A stretch of DNA of 63,705 nt, filler included, from Octopus bimaculoides (Eukaryota): the NCBI RefSeq assembly GCF_001194135.2. It is 3 parts of 3 records of this genome, joined end to end, with 100 filler letters (N's around TTAATTAATTAA, not from the genome) between each part and the next. Parts side by side here need not be neighbours in the genome. Positions count along the whole stretch, not along the records: positions 53,482 to 63,705 come from NC_069002.1; 2 more parts are not named here. One strand, 5' to 3'. Below the pieces are notes generated by a model. The model had not been told where the DNA came from, did no database searches, and worked only from the letters and a program-made list of their open reading frames with translations. Position numbers and translations under genes: made by a program. Shown one piece after another: positions 62,103 through 63,705 of the stretch (positions are counted from its first letter, which is position 1; every line of letters starts with the position of its first letter).

Positions 62103-62488
62103 GTGTGGAGGCGTAATGGCCCAGTGGTTAGGGCAGTGGACTCGCGGTCATAGGATCGCGGTTTCGATTCCAAGACCGGGCGTTGTGAGTGTTTATTGAG
62201 CGAAAACACCTAAAGCTCCACGAGGCTCCGGCAGGAGATGGTGGCGAACCCTGCTGTACTCTTCCACCACAACTGTCTCTCACTCTTACTTCTTGTTTCT
62301 GTTGTACCTGTAATTCAAAGGGTCAGCCTTGTCACACTGTGTCACGCTGAATATCCCCGAAAATTACGTTAAGAGTACACGTGTCTGTGGAGTGCTCAGC
62401 CACTTGCACGTTAATTTCACGAGCAGGCTATTCCGTTGATCGGATCAACAGGAACCCTCGATGTCGTAAGCGACGGAGTGCCAACAAC
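62103..62488 (+). mobile_element. Full family B SINE with 14-bp TSD
   Basis: AGTCTTTCACGGTT (62089-62102) / AGTCTTTCATGGTT (62489-62502). Confidence 0.95.
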
Positions 62489-63262
62489 AGTCTTTCATGG
62501 TTACAAAATTTTTTCGTTGGGTGAGTTGGTCTACTCTATTTCCGATTTTAAGTTTCATAACTAGTTTTTTTGCCTCAATGTGGAATATACTGTGTGTTTA
62601 CAGACTAGCAGTTTGTTATGTGCGTAGTTACCCATCTCATAAATATGTTTGTCTTATCTGCTTTTATAAATGCGTTTGGAGATTTTTTAATTTCAAGAAA
62701 TGTTTGTAATTTGTGTTGGAAGCTGTTAAATCTATGATTGACTCTAACATTCTTAACTAATTCTATGAAGTCATTTTCAAATCTATATAGGTTTTTAATA
62801 TGCGGTGGGATTTTGTAAGATCTAAACTGTAACTGTTATCCGTACAAGAGCTGGACTTACTTTTATCGAGAAAAAAATGGCATTTCACTTCATTCTCCTC
62901 ATGACGTTTACTGCTTTATCGATGAATGTTTGATGCAGATTTTCTTTCGTGGTATACGGATATTCTTCAGTGATGTTTCCACTTCGTGTTCTTCCATGGT
63001 TTATTTTAATTTAAAATTCGTGCTTTGTGCTAATCCGGTGTTAAGAAACAACAATTCTTCCTACGAAATTTCAGACATGACTCCCACTCACATTGCCACT
63101 CCTCCAATCTGGGTAAGTTTTTTTTCTCTGGATATCAATCATATGCATTATATGAACATGTACGCATAAAAAGACATGCCCCAATAAACTTAAGTTGGAT
63201 TCCCACTTTACACAGGGATATATGCATTACACATATTTATACCATCACATGGTTCACAGAAT

Positions 63263-63420
63263 ACCTAACAGCTTTTGGAAAAAGTGACCTATCGAATAAG
63301 TACCAGGCTTTAAAACAATAAGTACCACAGACGATTTCTTTGAGTAAACCATTCAAAGTGGTGCCCCAGAATGGCTGCAGTCTAATGATTGAAACCAGTG
63401 AAGGAATAAAAAGATAAGAT
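63263..63420 (+). mobile_element. Diverged family A-type 3' half
   Basis: GAATAAGTACCAGGCTT...GTGCCCCAGAATGGCTGCAGTCTAATGATTGAAAC. Confidence 0.65.
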
Positions 63421-63459
63421 ACACACGCATGCGCGCAGAGAAGAGGAGAAAGCATTATT

Positions 63460-63705
63460 GTGATGTCTCTGCGGGATGCAGTGGGTCGGGGACGGGACCA
63501 CCAGCGATGGAGAGCATTGGTGAACCTGGTCAGCTCTAGGCATGATGACGTCTCTGGAACCGCTAACCTGGAACGACCCCTAGTCTCAACAAGGAAGAGC
63601 AGGAAGTAAGCAAAGAAACAAGCAGTGGGGGCTGGCATGGGACCACCAGCGATGGAGAGCATTGGTGAACCTGGTCAGCTCTAGGCATGATGACGTCTCT
63701 GGAAC
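63460..63705 (+). mobile_element. RTE-like LINE 3' end in a 145-bp-period direct repeat running off the window
   Basis: RDHQRWRALVNLVSSRHDD resembles the RTE DRxxWRxLV terminus; 63494-63560 is identical to 63639-63705. Confidence 0.55.

Overview
Repeat-saturated, gapped animal genomic DNA. The SINE families, the microsatellite load and the (TA)n/(GAT)n/(AAT)n arrays resemble an octopus (Octopus bimaculoides-like) draft assembly; this species call is an inference. Two exact 100-bp spacers (44 N + TTAATTAATTAA + 44 N at 21832-21931 and 53382-53481) suggest three scaffolds joined artificially. Almost every long ORF in the supplied track is an N-run or microsatellite artefact. Host coding signal is limited to a likely last two exons on + (609-724 and 892-917, peptide NYFHGAGCHDSAQNETAAVQYDGLEEWGHSIMVMHAEEGWHTYYVL*, unidentified) plus a few weak exon candidates. 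The rest is five tRNA-headed or tail-only SINE-like families (labelled A-E here), decayed R4/Dong, Tx1/L1 and RTE LINE fragments, mariner/hAT/piggyBac-type DNA elements and a Helentron-type element. The most notable signal is three unrelated small repeat families carrying minimal type I hammerhead ribozyme cores of the Penelope-like/retrozyme kind (7.4-7.6 kb, 20.7-21.2 kb, 39.3-39.7 kb and 42.0-42.4 kb). They are inserted as tail-outward inverted pairs. One fuses a Pol III tRNA-like head to the hammerhead tail and has a 16-bp target-site duplication; another contains a complete circularly permuted 354-nt monomer.
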